This document shows positions 37,597 through 49,365 of a stretch of 64,000 nucleotides of DNA, one piece after another. A model generated the notes under the pieces. It was given only the letters and a program-made list of their open reading frames with translations, was not told where the DNA came from and ran no database searches. The stretch comes from Octopus sinensis (lineage: Eukaryota), in contig NC_043000.1 of the NCBI RefSeq assembly GCF_006345805.1, positions 14,508,001 through 14,572,000 on the forward strand, written 5' to 3'. Position 1 is the stretch's first letter. Each line of letters begins with the position of its first letter. The position numbers and the translations under genes were made by a program.

Positions 37597-38442
37597 TTAA
37601 ATGAACTTAACAAATATAACTAATTTGAGACACTAGTTAATCTGAATCTACAATGGCATTAATGAATACTTAGAATAATTTTTTAAAATGCCACGAAAAA
37701 GGAAAGCAAAAATATTTTTATTGTATATGTCTGAGGGGGAAGAAGAGGACTGCACAAAAACCTGATGGGAAGAGGAGGAGGGTTCTCAGTTAAGAAAGCT
37801 GGATAGATGGTGTTTGGTTTGGGGTAGTTAGTACTGTATAAAGAAGGTTCAAAGAGCTTGGAATGCTTGGTCTGTTTTCAGAAATTGTGGGTCCATGCAT
37901 ATTGGAGGACTGCATATTTTGTGTGTGTGTGTGTGTGTGTGACAGAGAGGGGGAGAAAGAGAAAGAGATAGGGGAGAGAGCGAGAGAGAGAAAGTAAGAG
38001 GTGGGGAGAAAGAGAAAGATGGAGAGGAAGGAGAGAGAGAGAGAGAGAGAAGAATGGTTGCTGCAACAAGCACAAGAAAAGAAGATCAGCAATATAGACT
38101 ACATATGGTGCAAAAAACCCCACCATACAGTAGCACCAATTAATTAATATCACAGAATTTCTTACTATATTCCTTCCATTAATTCTTTAACTGGTTTTAA
38201 TCATTGGACTGTGGCCATGCTGGGGCACCACCTTCCAGGACAAAGCTGATTACATCAACCTAAGTACATGTTTTATCAACTATGGAAGAATGAAAGGCAA
38301 AGTGGACCTGAGTGGGGTTTGAACTCAAAACATAGAGATAACCAAAATACTACAGGTATTTTGTCCATGCTCTACTGATTCTGCAGTTTGCTCCACCCAC
38401 TTATATCAGTTGTATTTTTTTTATTTACAAAATGACTCTTAG

Positions 38443-38465
38443 AAGAACTACAGAAAGTTGAGATT
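38443..38465 (+). CDS. Unidentified gene, 23-nt internal exon (KNYRKLR)
   Basis: T-rich acceptor ...ctcttag, donor GTAAGA; phase 0 to 2, in frame with the next exon. Confidence 0.55.
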
Positions 38466-38599
38466 GTAAGACCTAAATGGAATTTATCAGGAATAACACA
38501 CCATGTATAAGGTGGCGGTGGGAAGTTACGTTACATTGAAATGGAAAGGTGAAGGGAATAAAGATGGATGATTCTATGAATATTCTCATGTTCTTACAG

Positions 38600-38642
38600 A
38601 TCGGTAAATGAGTATTTGATTAACAGCAAAGAGAAGAGGCAG
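38600..38642 (+). CDS. Unidentified gene, penultimate exon (SVNEYLINSKEKRQ)
   Basis: Acceptor ttcttacag, donor GTAATG; phase 2 to 0. Confidence 0.6.
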
Positions 38643-39199
38643 GTAATGCAGAAGAGGGTGAAATATAATGAGTTGGATCACATAATTTGGTTAGTAATCA
38701 TTTTGACCATTAATAAGCCAATTATATAACATTTCATTTTCTTGTTTTGATAAGTGTACACTTGCATCAAGGCTGAGTTACATTATCCATGTGCAGTTAA
38801 TAAATCTGTTTTGCAACTATGTGGTTGAAGGTTCAATCCCACTGTATGGCATCTTAGACAAGTATCTGCTACCACAGCTTCAGATTGACCAAAAGCCTTC
38901 TGAGTGAAATCTGGTAGATGGAAACTGTGCGGATGCTTATCAGGGAGACCATCTCTGTTCTTGAATGCTAAATTTAATCCTATCTTCAACACACAATCTG
39001 AGATAAAGTGCAACAGAGGAATAAATAACCATTCTTCTGATGGAGAGAAAAAAAAGATTTTTGTTGGGGAGTTTTACCCTTCAAAACTTAATTTTAAATG
39101 AAATAAAAAGTTAAGTTTGAAGTGTTTTCAATGTAAGATTTTTAAAAGTAAAAGCTGATTAAATATGCTGATAATGAAAGTTACCTAATTATGATTTAG

Positions 39200-39355
39200 A
39201 ATATAAAGTGGATAAATACACAGGAGGCAGCGTTGCAGAAGAGACGTTATAGTTGGCGAAATAAAAGGTTTGGTACTAAGGGTTTTAAGCAGAAACAACA
39301 AAGTGAGCTGTTTAATCCATTTGTTGATCTGGATATGATGAAGGCTAACAGATAA
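39200..39355 (+). CDS. Unidentified gene, terminal coding exon (NIKWINTQEAALQKRRYSWRNKRF...MMKANR*)
   Basis: ctaat branch motif plus tttag acceptor; 51 codons then TAA; phase-consistent with upstream exons. Confidence 0.6.
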   Translation, partial: NIKWINTQEAALQKRRYSWRNKRFGTKGFKQKQQSELFNPFVDLDMMKANR

Positions 39356-41744
39356 GGTGAACAAGGCATGCAAACTACAACAGTAAAATTTCAAAGTGGG
39401 TTGAATAATGATGGGAAAATATATAACAGTATGTAGTTGATGGATGATACAAGTAGGTGAGGAGACTACAAAAGAGTGAGGGTGTGTTGAGTATTAAAGT
39501 GGACACTTAAACGGTGTCCTCCTGGCCTCAGCAGTAGAAACCTTGAAATACACATGGTATGTTTTTTCTTTCTCATCATTGGTTTTCTGTCATACATGGT
39601 ACACAAAAATTTAAATACTTGTCGATCATTCATTGATATGTATAGTTTTGTAAATACAATTTCAGAAACAAAAATTTAAAATTTTTTTTCAAGAAGTTTA
39701 AATCATGAAATCAAATGATTTAGTTTACACATTAACAGTAGCTTAGATTGTAAAAAATTCAAAACAGTACAGTCAACAATTCAAACAACTCTTCACTCCA
39801 GAAAAGACTAGTAGAAACTTACACATTTACCAGAGACTAAGATAGTAAAATACAGGATAATAAATTGTAAGTAATAAATAAAATATGACACCATAAATTG
39901 GAGGAAAAAAAATCCTACAGTAACAAGGTTTATTTTCACAGTTGTAAAATTTCTTTTTGGTAAAAACTGGAGGTGTGTCAATTTCACAGTGGAGATGTCA
40001 ATTGTAGATCTAGGGTAGTTTCAGCTGAAGATTAGGGGAGTGGTGTCTGCTAAGGATTGTAAAGTGTTGCCACAAGTCAGCTGTGGAGTGGTGTAAGTTG
40101 GGGGCCGTAGGGTGGTGTAATTATAGATAAGGGGCTGTATCAGTTGAAGAAGGTGATGTAGTATCCATTGTGTAATGGTGTGAGGCTTGGATTGTAGTGC
40201 AGTGTTAGTTGTGAATTGCAGAGGAGCGTTGGTCATGCATCAGAGAGTGTGTCTGTTAAGGAATGTGAAGCAGTGTCATTAGTCAATTAAGAAGTGGTGT
40301 TAGTTGTGGAATGGTGATGGCTATCAGTAATTTGTTAAGTAGCGTCCACTGTGAAATATGGATTGGTGTTTGTTGTGGATTGTGGAGTGAAATCAAGAGC
40401 AGATTGTGGTGTAGTGTCTATTGTAGATTCTTGAGTGGTGTTAGTTGTTGATTGTAAAGTGTTATCAGTTTGATAGTAGAGTGCTACCATTCGTATATTA
40501 TGGGAAGTTTCAGGTAAGGATCGTGGGATGTTGTCTATTGGGAATTGTGAAGTGGTGCTTGTTGTGAATTATGAAAACCTTGAAATACACAGAGCACATT
40601 TCTTCTTTCTCATCATTGGTACATGTCATACTTTGTAAACATACATTTAAATACTGGCCGATCATTCATTGATATGTATAGTTTTGAAAAAAACGATTTG
40701 GGAAACAAAAATTTTAGATATAAGAAGAAGTTTAAATAACGAAATCAAATTTTTTAGTTTACACACTGATAATGAAGTTTAGGTTGTAAAAATTTCAAAA
40801 CATTACAATTAACAAAATAAACAGATTTTTCATTCCAGTAGAAACTTAAGCATTTATCAGAGACTGAATATAGCAAAATACAGAACAGTAAACTGTAAGT
40901 AATAAATAAAATACGATTCTATAAATTGGAGAAAAAAAATAATAAATTCCTATAGTAACAAGATTTATTTTCACAATTGTAAAATTTGTTTTAGGAAAAA
41001 AAATTGAACCTCACTTCATCAATTTTGCAAAAAAATGTTTTTTTTGAAAATATGGACGTAATCACAATTGCTTGAGATATGGTTAGTGGTTAAGATGGCT
41101 TGGTTCAGTAACTAAAGAGGAGAAAGTATCAAAGAAATATAGCTTTTGTTTGTTTGAATTTTCTTACTAAAAGTTTTAATTTATTTCAGTTTTACTTTGA
41201 ATGCATAAAGGTGATGAACTTTGAATTTTGTTATGTCATCTTTTCGTGTTGAATGTCTATGTTGCCTGTAACATTATACTCTGAATTACCGGATGGAGGT
41301 TTCGTACCTGGTAACAAATAGAAACAGCAGTGTAAGTTAGTGTGTTTGAGAATTTCAATGAAGCAATATTATAAAATCACACAGCCTCACATGACCATAC
41401 ACCAATAAAAACCATGCATAAGAATTTACTAAGATAAATTTCCCATCTGCAAATTATAAATATTATGATTATTGTGTAACTCCAAGCATCCTGAAACAGC
41501 TGTCGAGTTGAGAAATTATGTATTTTCTTCTTCATCATCATCAGCAAAAGACATTAAATGATGATGATGATGACAAAGAAGAAGAAAATACATAATTTCT
41601 CAACTTGACAGCTGTTTCAGGAAGCTTGGAGTTACACAATAATTACAATATCCATAATTTGCAGATGGAATATGCAAAAAGTTTTGGGAATGCAACCACT
41701 AAACAGTAATACAGATATATTACAATATATATATATATGCCCTG

Positions 41745-42127
41745 TGCTAGTAGGGTGCTAAGAGCACCATCCGAGCGTGACCATTGCCAGAGCGGCTAAC
41801 TGGCTTCCGTGCCGGTGGCATGTAGCAGGCATCATTCAAACGGGATCGTTATCAGCATCGCCTTACTGGCACCAGTGCCGTTGGCATGTGTAAAAATTTG
41901 AGCGAGGTCGTTGCCAGTACCGTCTGACTGGCCCCCATGCCGGTGGCACATAAAAGCACCCACTATGCTCTCGGAGTGGTTGGCATTAGGAAGGGCATCT
42001 AGCTGTAGAAACTCTGCCAGATCAAGACTGGAGTCTGGTGCAGCCATCTGGTTTGCCAGCCCTCAGTCAAACCGTCCAACCCATGCTAGCATGGAAAGTG
42101 GACGTTAAATGACGACAACGATGATGA
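41745..42127 (+). mobile_element. (GAT)n-tailed SINE
   Basis: Family body plus tail. Confidence 0.82.
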
Positions 42128-43038
42128 TATATATGTCACCACATGATCAAGTCATTACAAGATCATATCATTACATAACCACAAAAACACATGATACCTT
42201 CCTTATATCAACTCGTTATACAACCATTAGTGGATAGTTGTGGAAAATTCATATATGAAAAAGTGTTCAATTTTATAGTTAACTACATATGACAAACTGT
42301 ATTTAAACCTTCCTTTACCATATTGTAATGCATTGTCTTTGCTTCAAGAAAAAAATTAAGAATTTACTAAGATAACTTCTAAATTATTAAGCTGGTTTTT
42401 GGAATATAAATTAACATGAAAACAGTTTAAAACAGGGAATTTGTATCATTGAACCAAGAGTAGTTTCAGGCAGGTTAGTATCAAAAAGGTTAAAGGGATT
42501 AACATGATGAAATATCATTTAATAAATAATGAAATATATATATATATTTCATTTTTGGATTTGGTTTGCAAGATTCTTTATGGGAGTTCGTGTGTTGAAG
42601 CATATTCTGTTGTGTCTGTTGAAGCATATTTTGTTGTGTCTGTTGGGTCAAGACTATTGAAAAGGTTGCAAGACGCAATAAAATTTTAGGAAAATAAAAA
42701 TAAGAAATAAGTGGAAATTTTACCAGTGAGTGTGTTACATTATAAGGCACAAAAAGAAAATGACTCTCCCCAGACACAACGAAATATATATATACTGTTA
42801 TATAAAATATTTATACATGAATAGTTAAACTGATAATACATGTTTATGTGTCTATTCAGTATTCAGCTAATTAAATGACTTGTCAGTGTTTAAATGAAAC
42901 AGAAAGACATAGTGAAAGCATCATAACAGCTAATTGCCTCTGATGTGAGTATCATGGGGAAGACAAACAGAAAAGACAAACTGTCAATCAGTTATATTAG
43001 ATATTGTCAGATGACAATGCTATCAGCAGATTTCATTA

Positions 43039-43426
43039 TCTCTATATAAAGCTGAAGTTGTCCGAGTATGGCAGGTTTGGTAGCCTTCAACTAACACTAT
43101 CTCCTCCGAGACCCTGCGACGCAAGTTGACCAAAATTGAGAGTATGATAGAAGAAGGCTTGCTCTTCCTTCGGTAGAAGAAAAAATTTAAATCGGACCAT
43201 GTTAACACCAAAAATTATTTACATCAAAAAGGTACTTTTTTTCTATGAAAATCCCTATTTTTTACGATTTTTTGACTGCTGTGTCACTATTTTTCGGTGT
43301 ATTTCAACCAGAAAAATGTTCACTTGAAGAGAATAACAAGCTACATAATGCAAAATTTTTACTTTTCAAAAATTCTAATTCTAAAGGGTCGAAACAAACC
43401 TGAGCAACGCTGGGCGATACTGCTAG
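43039..43426 (+). mobile_element. Non-autonomous Helitron
   Basis: A|TC start; ends cctgagcaacgctgggcgatactgCTAG|T, nearly the same terminus as the 25198 element with a different interior. Confidence 0.78.
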
Positions 43427-43679
43427 TAATAGGATAAAGAGTAACATAGATGCAGGTATGGCTGCATACAACAGTAAACTCTTAAACTGTACTACCCCCA
43501 AACAATCAATTATAACATGCTATTCATTCAGTCTACATTATTTCAGACATTCACTTCAACCATGTTATAATCTCAGTAGTATTTCAGATACATACCCCTA
43601 CCATGCTGTAGTCTTACCTATAACATGGCAGTAGGGTGGGGTATCTGTGTGATGTTTGGGGTGGTACAAATTGAAAGTA

Positions 43680-43909
43680 CAGGGTGTGGCAGAAAGGCTG
43701 CCCCAATTTCAAAGGTTATTAAAAAAACAAACTCTTCAACGACAAATACATGATGCTCTCCACCCAAAGCCATGGTGGGTACTACCTGAAACAAAACAAA
43801 AAATGGCATTTAATGAACTTCATAGAAGTACAAAGTTTCTTCGTGCATCTTCATGTGTTTGTTTTTTTATTAACCTTTGAAATCGGGGCAACCATTCTGC
43901 CACACCCTG
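43680..43909. mobile_element. Tc1/mariner-type MITE just downstream of the THADA stop codon
   Basis: TA|CAGGGTGTGGCAGAA...TTCTGCCACACCCTG|TA; about 55-bp TIRs. Confidence 0.88.
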
Positions 43910-44017
43910 TATGACATGGTAGAAGTGTGTTTTCGAGGTGGGGGAGATTGAGAAAATATCATGCCAGACCCTCGCTTCTAGCATGTTATATTCTCATCCC
44001 AGTGTTCAGTGTTCAAG

Positions 44018-44241
44018 TCACAGAAAAGGATGCAACTCTTGCTGCCTAAAAGCAATGATATGAGACAATCTTGGTGGTACCTTCTCCAATTTGGCATACA
44101 TGCTTTTGAGATTGTTAATCTGTTCAATATGTGCTTCAGGATGTCTGTACAGATAATCCATGATGGTGTTAGTGGCTAAGAAGATCCCCTGGATTACTGG
44201 GAACACTTGTACATCACAGCTAATATTTAACAAAGGCTTCT
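44018..44241 (-). CDS. THADA: THADA terminal coding exon
   Basis: Acceptor ttttacag, phase 1; (E)KPLLNIS...ELHPFL* with TGA at 44018-44020. Confidence 0.75.
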
Positions 44242-44644
44242 CTGTAAAATAAAAAACAAGAAACAATAGTTTCAATACAGAGAATAAAAGGAAAAGATCT
44301 TCATCACAGAGAGAGAGAAGAAGAGAGAGTAACAAAGACTGAAAGAAAATACAGAGTGAAAGAAGAGGGGAAGAGCTAGGAAAAGAGAGGGAGAGAGGAC
44401 ATATATATTCTGTGATATAATGATATACCTCACATACTACATAAGTATGTGTCTAGCATTCAGTAAATATTTCTTGATATATGTATTTATGTAGTAGACA
44501 TTATATATTACAAGATACATGTGTATAGTGAAAAAAGAATATATATATATATTACAATTAATAAGAGGAATGATCACTAAGTGGATTCCTATATGCTAGA
44601 GATAGATGTCAAATTGCCTTACTACAAAGAGTGTGTTCTCTTTT

Positions 44645-44676
<32 letters not shown>

Positions 44677-44686
<10 letters not shown>

Positions 44687-45006
44687 GGAAATGAAGAAAA
44701 TGCTGACAAAATAATTTAAGTAAGGGAGAGTGTATTTAATTAGGTGAAAGTTCTTTACCGGTTGCGCATTTGTTATGCTTATCAAAAGATATTTTTTTAA
44801 GAGAGATAGAGTTCCTTTCTGATTGATTTTTTTTTTCTTATAAGAGAAAAAAAATCAATCAGAAAGGAACTCTATCTCACTCAAAATATCTTTTGATAAG
44901 CATAACAAATGCGCAACCGGTAAAAAGAACTTTCACCTAATTAAATACACTCTCCCTTACTTAAATTATTTTGTCAGCATTTTCTTCATTTCCTTTTTTT
45001 ATATAT
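44677..45006. repeat. Spacer-less fold-back palindrome, about 160-bp arms
   Basis: Arms are reverse complements with a few indels; centre ctta|taag at 44840/44841. Confidence 0.92.
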
Positions 45007-45034
45007 CACAACTCGTGTTCCACATCTCCTTTTT

Positions 45035-45085
<51 letters not shown>

Positions 45086-45151
45086 TATATATTTCATGAT
45101 GTGTGTTGAGGTGTAGGCCACATAACATATATGGGTAGTGTACTAACTTAC

Positions 45152-45269
45152 CTTTTAGATTCTTTGATAACGATTCAAAGAGTATGGTTCCCTTGTGAAG
45201 GACACTGGTACACAATGTTGACAGATACTGTTCTCGTTTGCTAACTGGCTTTGTATTGCTTAAAAGTTT
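45152..45269 (-). CDS. THADA: THADA exon (KLLSNTK...SKNLK)
   Basis: ttttccag / GTAAGT; 118 nt; phase 0 to 1. Confidence 0.78.
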
Positions 45270-46542
45270 CTGGAAAATACAAATAAGCACAAATGTAGAA
45301 GTTAAAAACCTGATTCATTTATCAATGTCATCAACAGAGAAGAATCAACCCATCACCTACCAAGTCATTTAAGGTATGTATATATGGATTTTAGACCAAA
45401 ACCTTTTTCTCAAATATGAAGTTTTTAAAAAGCAATCTTAATTCTTCACTTAGACTTATGGCAGGTATCTCTTTGTTACTAATCTCACATTGACAACTCA
45501 GTTACAAACTGAGAACTGCCTACTCATCCATAACTCAGATTCATTCTTCCATTATAGACTAAGAGCTACACACTCTCCCACCGATACCAGTTATAAATGA
45601 GGACCAGCTTCCAAGTTATCAGACAGCTTTCATTCATCTTTCAGTTATACACTGAAGCCTGCCTTCATCCCATCAAATACTTCAACCTGAGAGATTTCTT
45701 GGAGATACATGGCATGTTATATAAATCTGCCAATTTATTGTATCTGTAAAGCATGAAACTGTTTGTAGCCCTTTTATAAATTGTGTATATTAAGTGATAT
45801 TTATCTCTCACTGGATGGAGTACATTTTTTTTCACTGATCCTACCTTTAACAGAACTGTAAACTATATATATATATATCCAAATAGAGGTTGAAATAACC
45901 CCCCTAAGGGATAGAAAAAATAGAAAATATCCAATGACTTACTGGTGTGTTACCTATTATTTTGTTGTGAATAGTAATGTTCCTAAAATAATAGGTTTAA
46001 GTATAAATCTTGGTTTATAAATATACGAATTAAAATCCAGAAAATGGAGAAGTAGCGTTAATATAATTTATTAACTGCAAAAAATCAAAAATGTTGAATT
46101 TTTACAGTTAAACTATATTAATACTACTTCTCCATTTTCTGGATTTTAATTTATATATGTATATATATATATTTATATATATTGGCCTACTCGCTTAGCC
46201 AGTGGGGTGGCGTCATTTGAAGGCTAAAACAATGTGAAGCGCATTGTGACCAGCGATGTGTAGCAACATCTGATAGCCTGGTCGTCACGGTGATATATTT
46301 ATATATATATATATATATCATCATCATCATCATCATCATTTAATGTCTGTTTTCCACGCTAGTATAGACTGGATGGTTTGACCAGAGCTAGGAAGGTAGG
46401 AAGCTGCACTAGGTTCTAGTCTGATTTGGCTTGGTTTCTATGGCTGGATACCCTTCCAAACACCAACCACTTTAGTGTGTGCTGGGTGCTTTTAACATGG
46501 CACAGGTAAAGAGTTCTTGCAGGGTGATCCTCTTCACCAGTA

Positions 46543-46589
<47 letters not shown>

Positions 46590-46601
46590 GTATATGTGTG
46601 T

Positions 46602-46901
46602 GTGGAGGCGCAAAGGCCCAGTGGTTAGGGCAGCGGACTCACGGTCGTAGGGTCGCGGTTTTAATTCCGAGACTGGGCGTTGTGAGTGTTTATTGAGTGA
46701 AAACACCTAAAGCTCCACAAGGCTCCGGCAGGGGGTGGGTGGTGATCCCTGCTGTACTCTTTCGCCACAACTTTCTCTCACTATTTCCGCTGTTGGCCTG
46801 CTCGCTTAGCCAGCGGGGTGGCGTCATTTGAAGGCTAAAACAATGCGAAGCGCATTGTGACCAGCGATGTGTAGCAACATCTGATAGCCTGGTCGGTCAC
46901 G

Positions 46902-46906
<5 letters not shown>
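46602..46906 (+). mobile_element. tRNA-derived SINE, tail type C
   Basis: Matches 24658-24970. Confidence 0.88.
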
Positions 46907-46965
<59 letters not shown>

Positions 46966-47559
46966 TTATAACTCAATCAACATTCTCACTGGTCAAAAAG
47001 GATAAATATCCATCTGTTAGACGTCCATTAATGTTATATCGCCTGGAGAAATGAATCCATGAAGATGATCAATCTGATATCCACAGATTCTATGGACTAC
47101 ACATCATCCTTGGAATATGGACTGTAATCTTAAGAGACGCATGATTTGTGGAAACATGCATAGTGATGCATTAAAGGTTTTTAAATTCCATCCTAGGATT
47201 ATTGTTATTATTACTATATATATTTCCTCAGGGTAACCCCATAAACCAACCTTCACCAGGAAAAAATATAGACTGCTCTACCTCTTAGAGTGAGCTTGTT
47301 CTCCAGATTTATGTTTTTCTAAAAATGATATATATACACACACACATCCCATAAAGAGGGTGTCTTCAGATGTGACTCTATAACACACTCTCTCCCACCG
47401 ATACCAGTTATAAATGAGGACCAGTTTCCAAGTCATCAGACAGCTTTCATTCATCTTTCAGTTATGCACTGAAGCCTGCCTTCATCCTGTCAAATACTTC
47501 AACCTGAGAGATTTCGGTTGCTACTATAAAACTGTTGTAAAAGATGTATGAATACTTAC

Positions 47560-47644
47560 AACTAGAGCAGCATGTGCCATTTGATTCACAACCATTTTCT
47601 CAGCAAAACAATTATTATCTTCTTGGTCAAATAGTTGCCATGAA
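47560..47644 (-). CDS. THADA: THADA exon (SWQLFDQEDNNCFAEK...)
   Basis: cttttag / GTAAGT; 85 nt; LFDQEDNNCFAE matches the THADA C-terminal LFEK.E.N..AE motif. Confidence 0.85.
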
Positions 47645-47863
47645 CTAAAAGAAAAGAATGCATTATTGTAGAATAGGGACACCAGATGATTGAAGGAATT
47701 CAACTGAAATAAGGAATGGTCACATTGCTAGTAGACAGGAGTCAATTCAAAGATAAATTAAATACAACTCAAAGAGATCTATTTGGTAAAAAAGCAGACT
47801 AATGATAACTTCCCAATTCTGAGAGCTGTGTCTCTGATACAATGTTCCATTTAGAGCCACGTG

Positions 47864-48255
47864 CTCTTTTACTTGTTTCAGTCATTTGACTGCAACCATG
47901 CTGGAGCACCACCTTTAGTCGAGCAAATTGGCCCCAGGACTTATTCTTTGTAAGCCTAGTACTTATTCTATCGGTCTCTTTTGCCAAACCGCTAAGTTAC
48001 GGGGACATAAACACACCAGCATCGGTTATCAAGTGATGTTGGGAGGGTCAAGCACAGACAAACAAACACACATATATATATACATATACATATATACGAC
48101 AGGCTTCTTTCAGTTTCCGTCTACCAAATCCACTCACAAGGCATTGGTCGGCCCAAAGCTATAGTAGAAGACACTTGCCCAAGTTGCCACGCAGTGGGAC
48201 TGAACCCGGAACCATGTGGTTGGTAAGCAAGCTACTTACCACACAGCCACTCTTA
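47864..48255 (-). mobile_element. OK-like SINE
   Basis: Reverse copy of the 8782 family. Confidence 0.85.
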
Positions 48256-48509
48256 TGCTATTTGTAGTTTATAAATATAACACATCAACATCATTTAATG
48301 TTCACTCTTCTATGGTTCCATGGGACAGACATAATTTGTTGAGGCAGGTTTTCTACAGCTGAGTGTCCTTCCTGTTGTCAACCCCTATTTCTTTCCAGGC
48401 AAGGTAATATTTCCCCATAGCCAGACATGTTTTTCATAGAAGACTGGCAATAAACAACATCACTTGTATGATGATAATCCTTGCTTACATTAACACAAGT
48501 CAAGACAAG

Positions 48510-48542
<33 letters not shown>

Positions 48543-48869
48543 TATTGGCTTATTTCACTTTCCATCTACCAAATCCACTCACAAGGCTTTGGCCAGCCTA
48601 GAGCTATAATAAAAGACACTTGCCCAAGGCACCCATGCAGTGGGACTGAGCCCAAGACCAAAATGGTTGGGAAGCAAACTTCTTAACCACACAACCGTGC
48701 CTGCACTTACACACCAGCAAAGAATTCTTTCTCATATTCTTTACAAAAGTTAGATCAAACATATTTTATATTATATAACATTTCATTAAATCATGAAACA
48801 ATACAATACTAACAAAAATAAATATGCAGTAAAACTAGAACAATATTAATCAATAATGAATATTTTCTT

Positions 48870-49060
48870 ATGGAGATGTACTTGCATAGCAAGTGACCTG
48901 ATCTGAGATCGTGTGCTGGAACAAAAACAATTGCAGCGTGGAAGGTGTTTATAAGCCATTTAAGAAACACACAAAAACCGTTAGATTCACTTCAACATTT
49001 AAATTTAATTTGTCAAAATATTTTCATCACTTTGAGACTGCGACCTGTTCACTGACAAAA
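48870..49060 (-). mobile_element. 191-bp short element carrying a hammerhead-like motif with a G3-C8 core
   Basis: 7-bp TSD TTTTCTT (48863-48869, 49061-49067); motif at 49009-49059. Confidence 0.55.
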
Positions 49061-49231
49061 TTTTCTTCATTTACTTTTATTGCAGCAAGTATGGGAGATA
49101 ACTCTGGATACATTTCTGACTTATTTGATCTCATCAGCATGTAGCCTAGCCTTATTTCTAGTTAACATTTTAATACTGATGCATTAACAGTGCTAATACC
49201 AACCTAATTATTCTATAGAGAATTTACTTAC

Positions 49232-49365
49232 CTTATTTGTAACTTTCTTGAAAGCATTGCTTCCAGAGATGCAGCACATTCTGATCCATCGTTATAGCAG
49301 AGAAGATCGTAAAGGATATCCCATGCTGCACTAGGATAGTGACAGACAAGATGGTGGAAGAGTAA
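49232..49365 (-). CDS. THADA: THADA exon (LLFHHLVCHYP...RKLQI)
   Basis: tttgccag / GTAAGT; 134 nt; phase 0 to 2. Confidence 0.78.
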
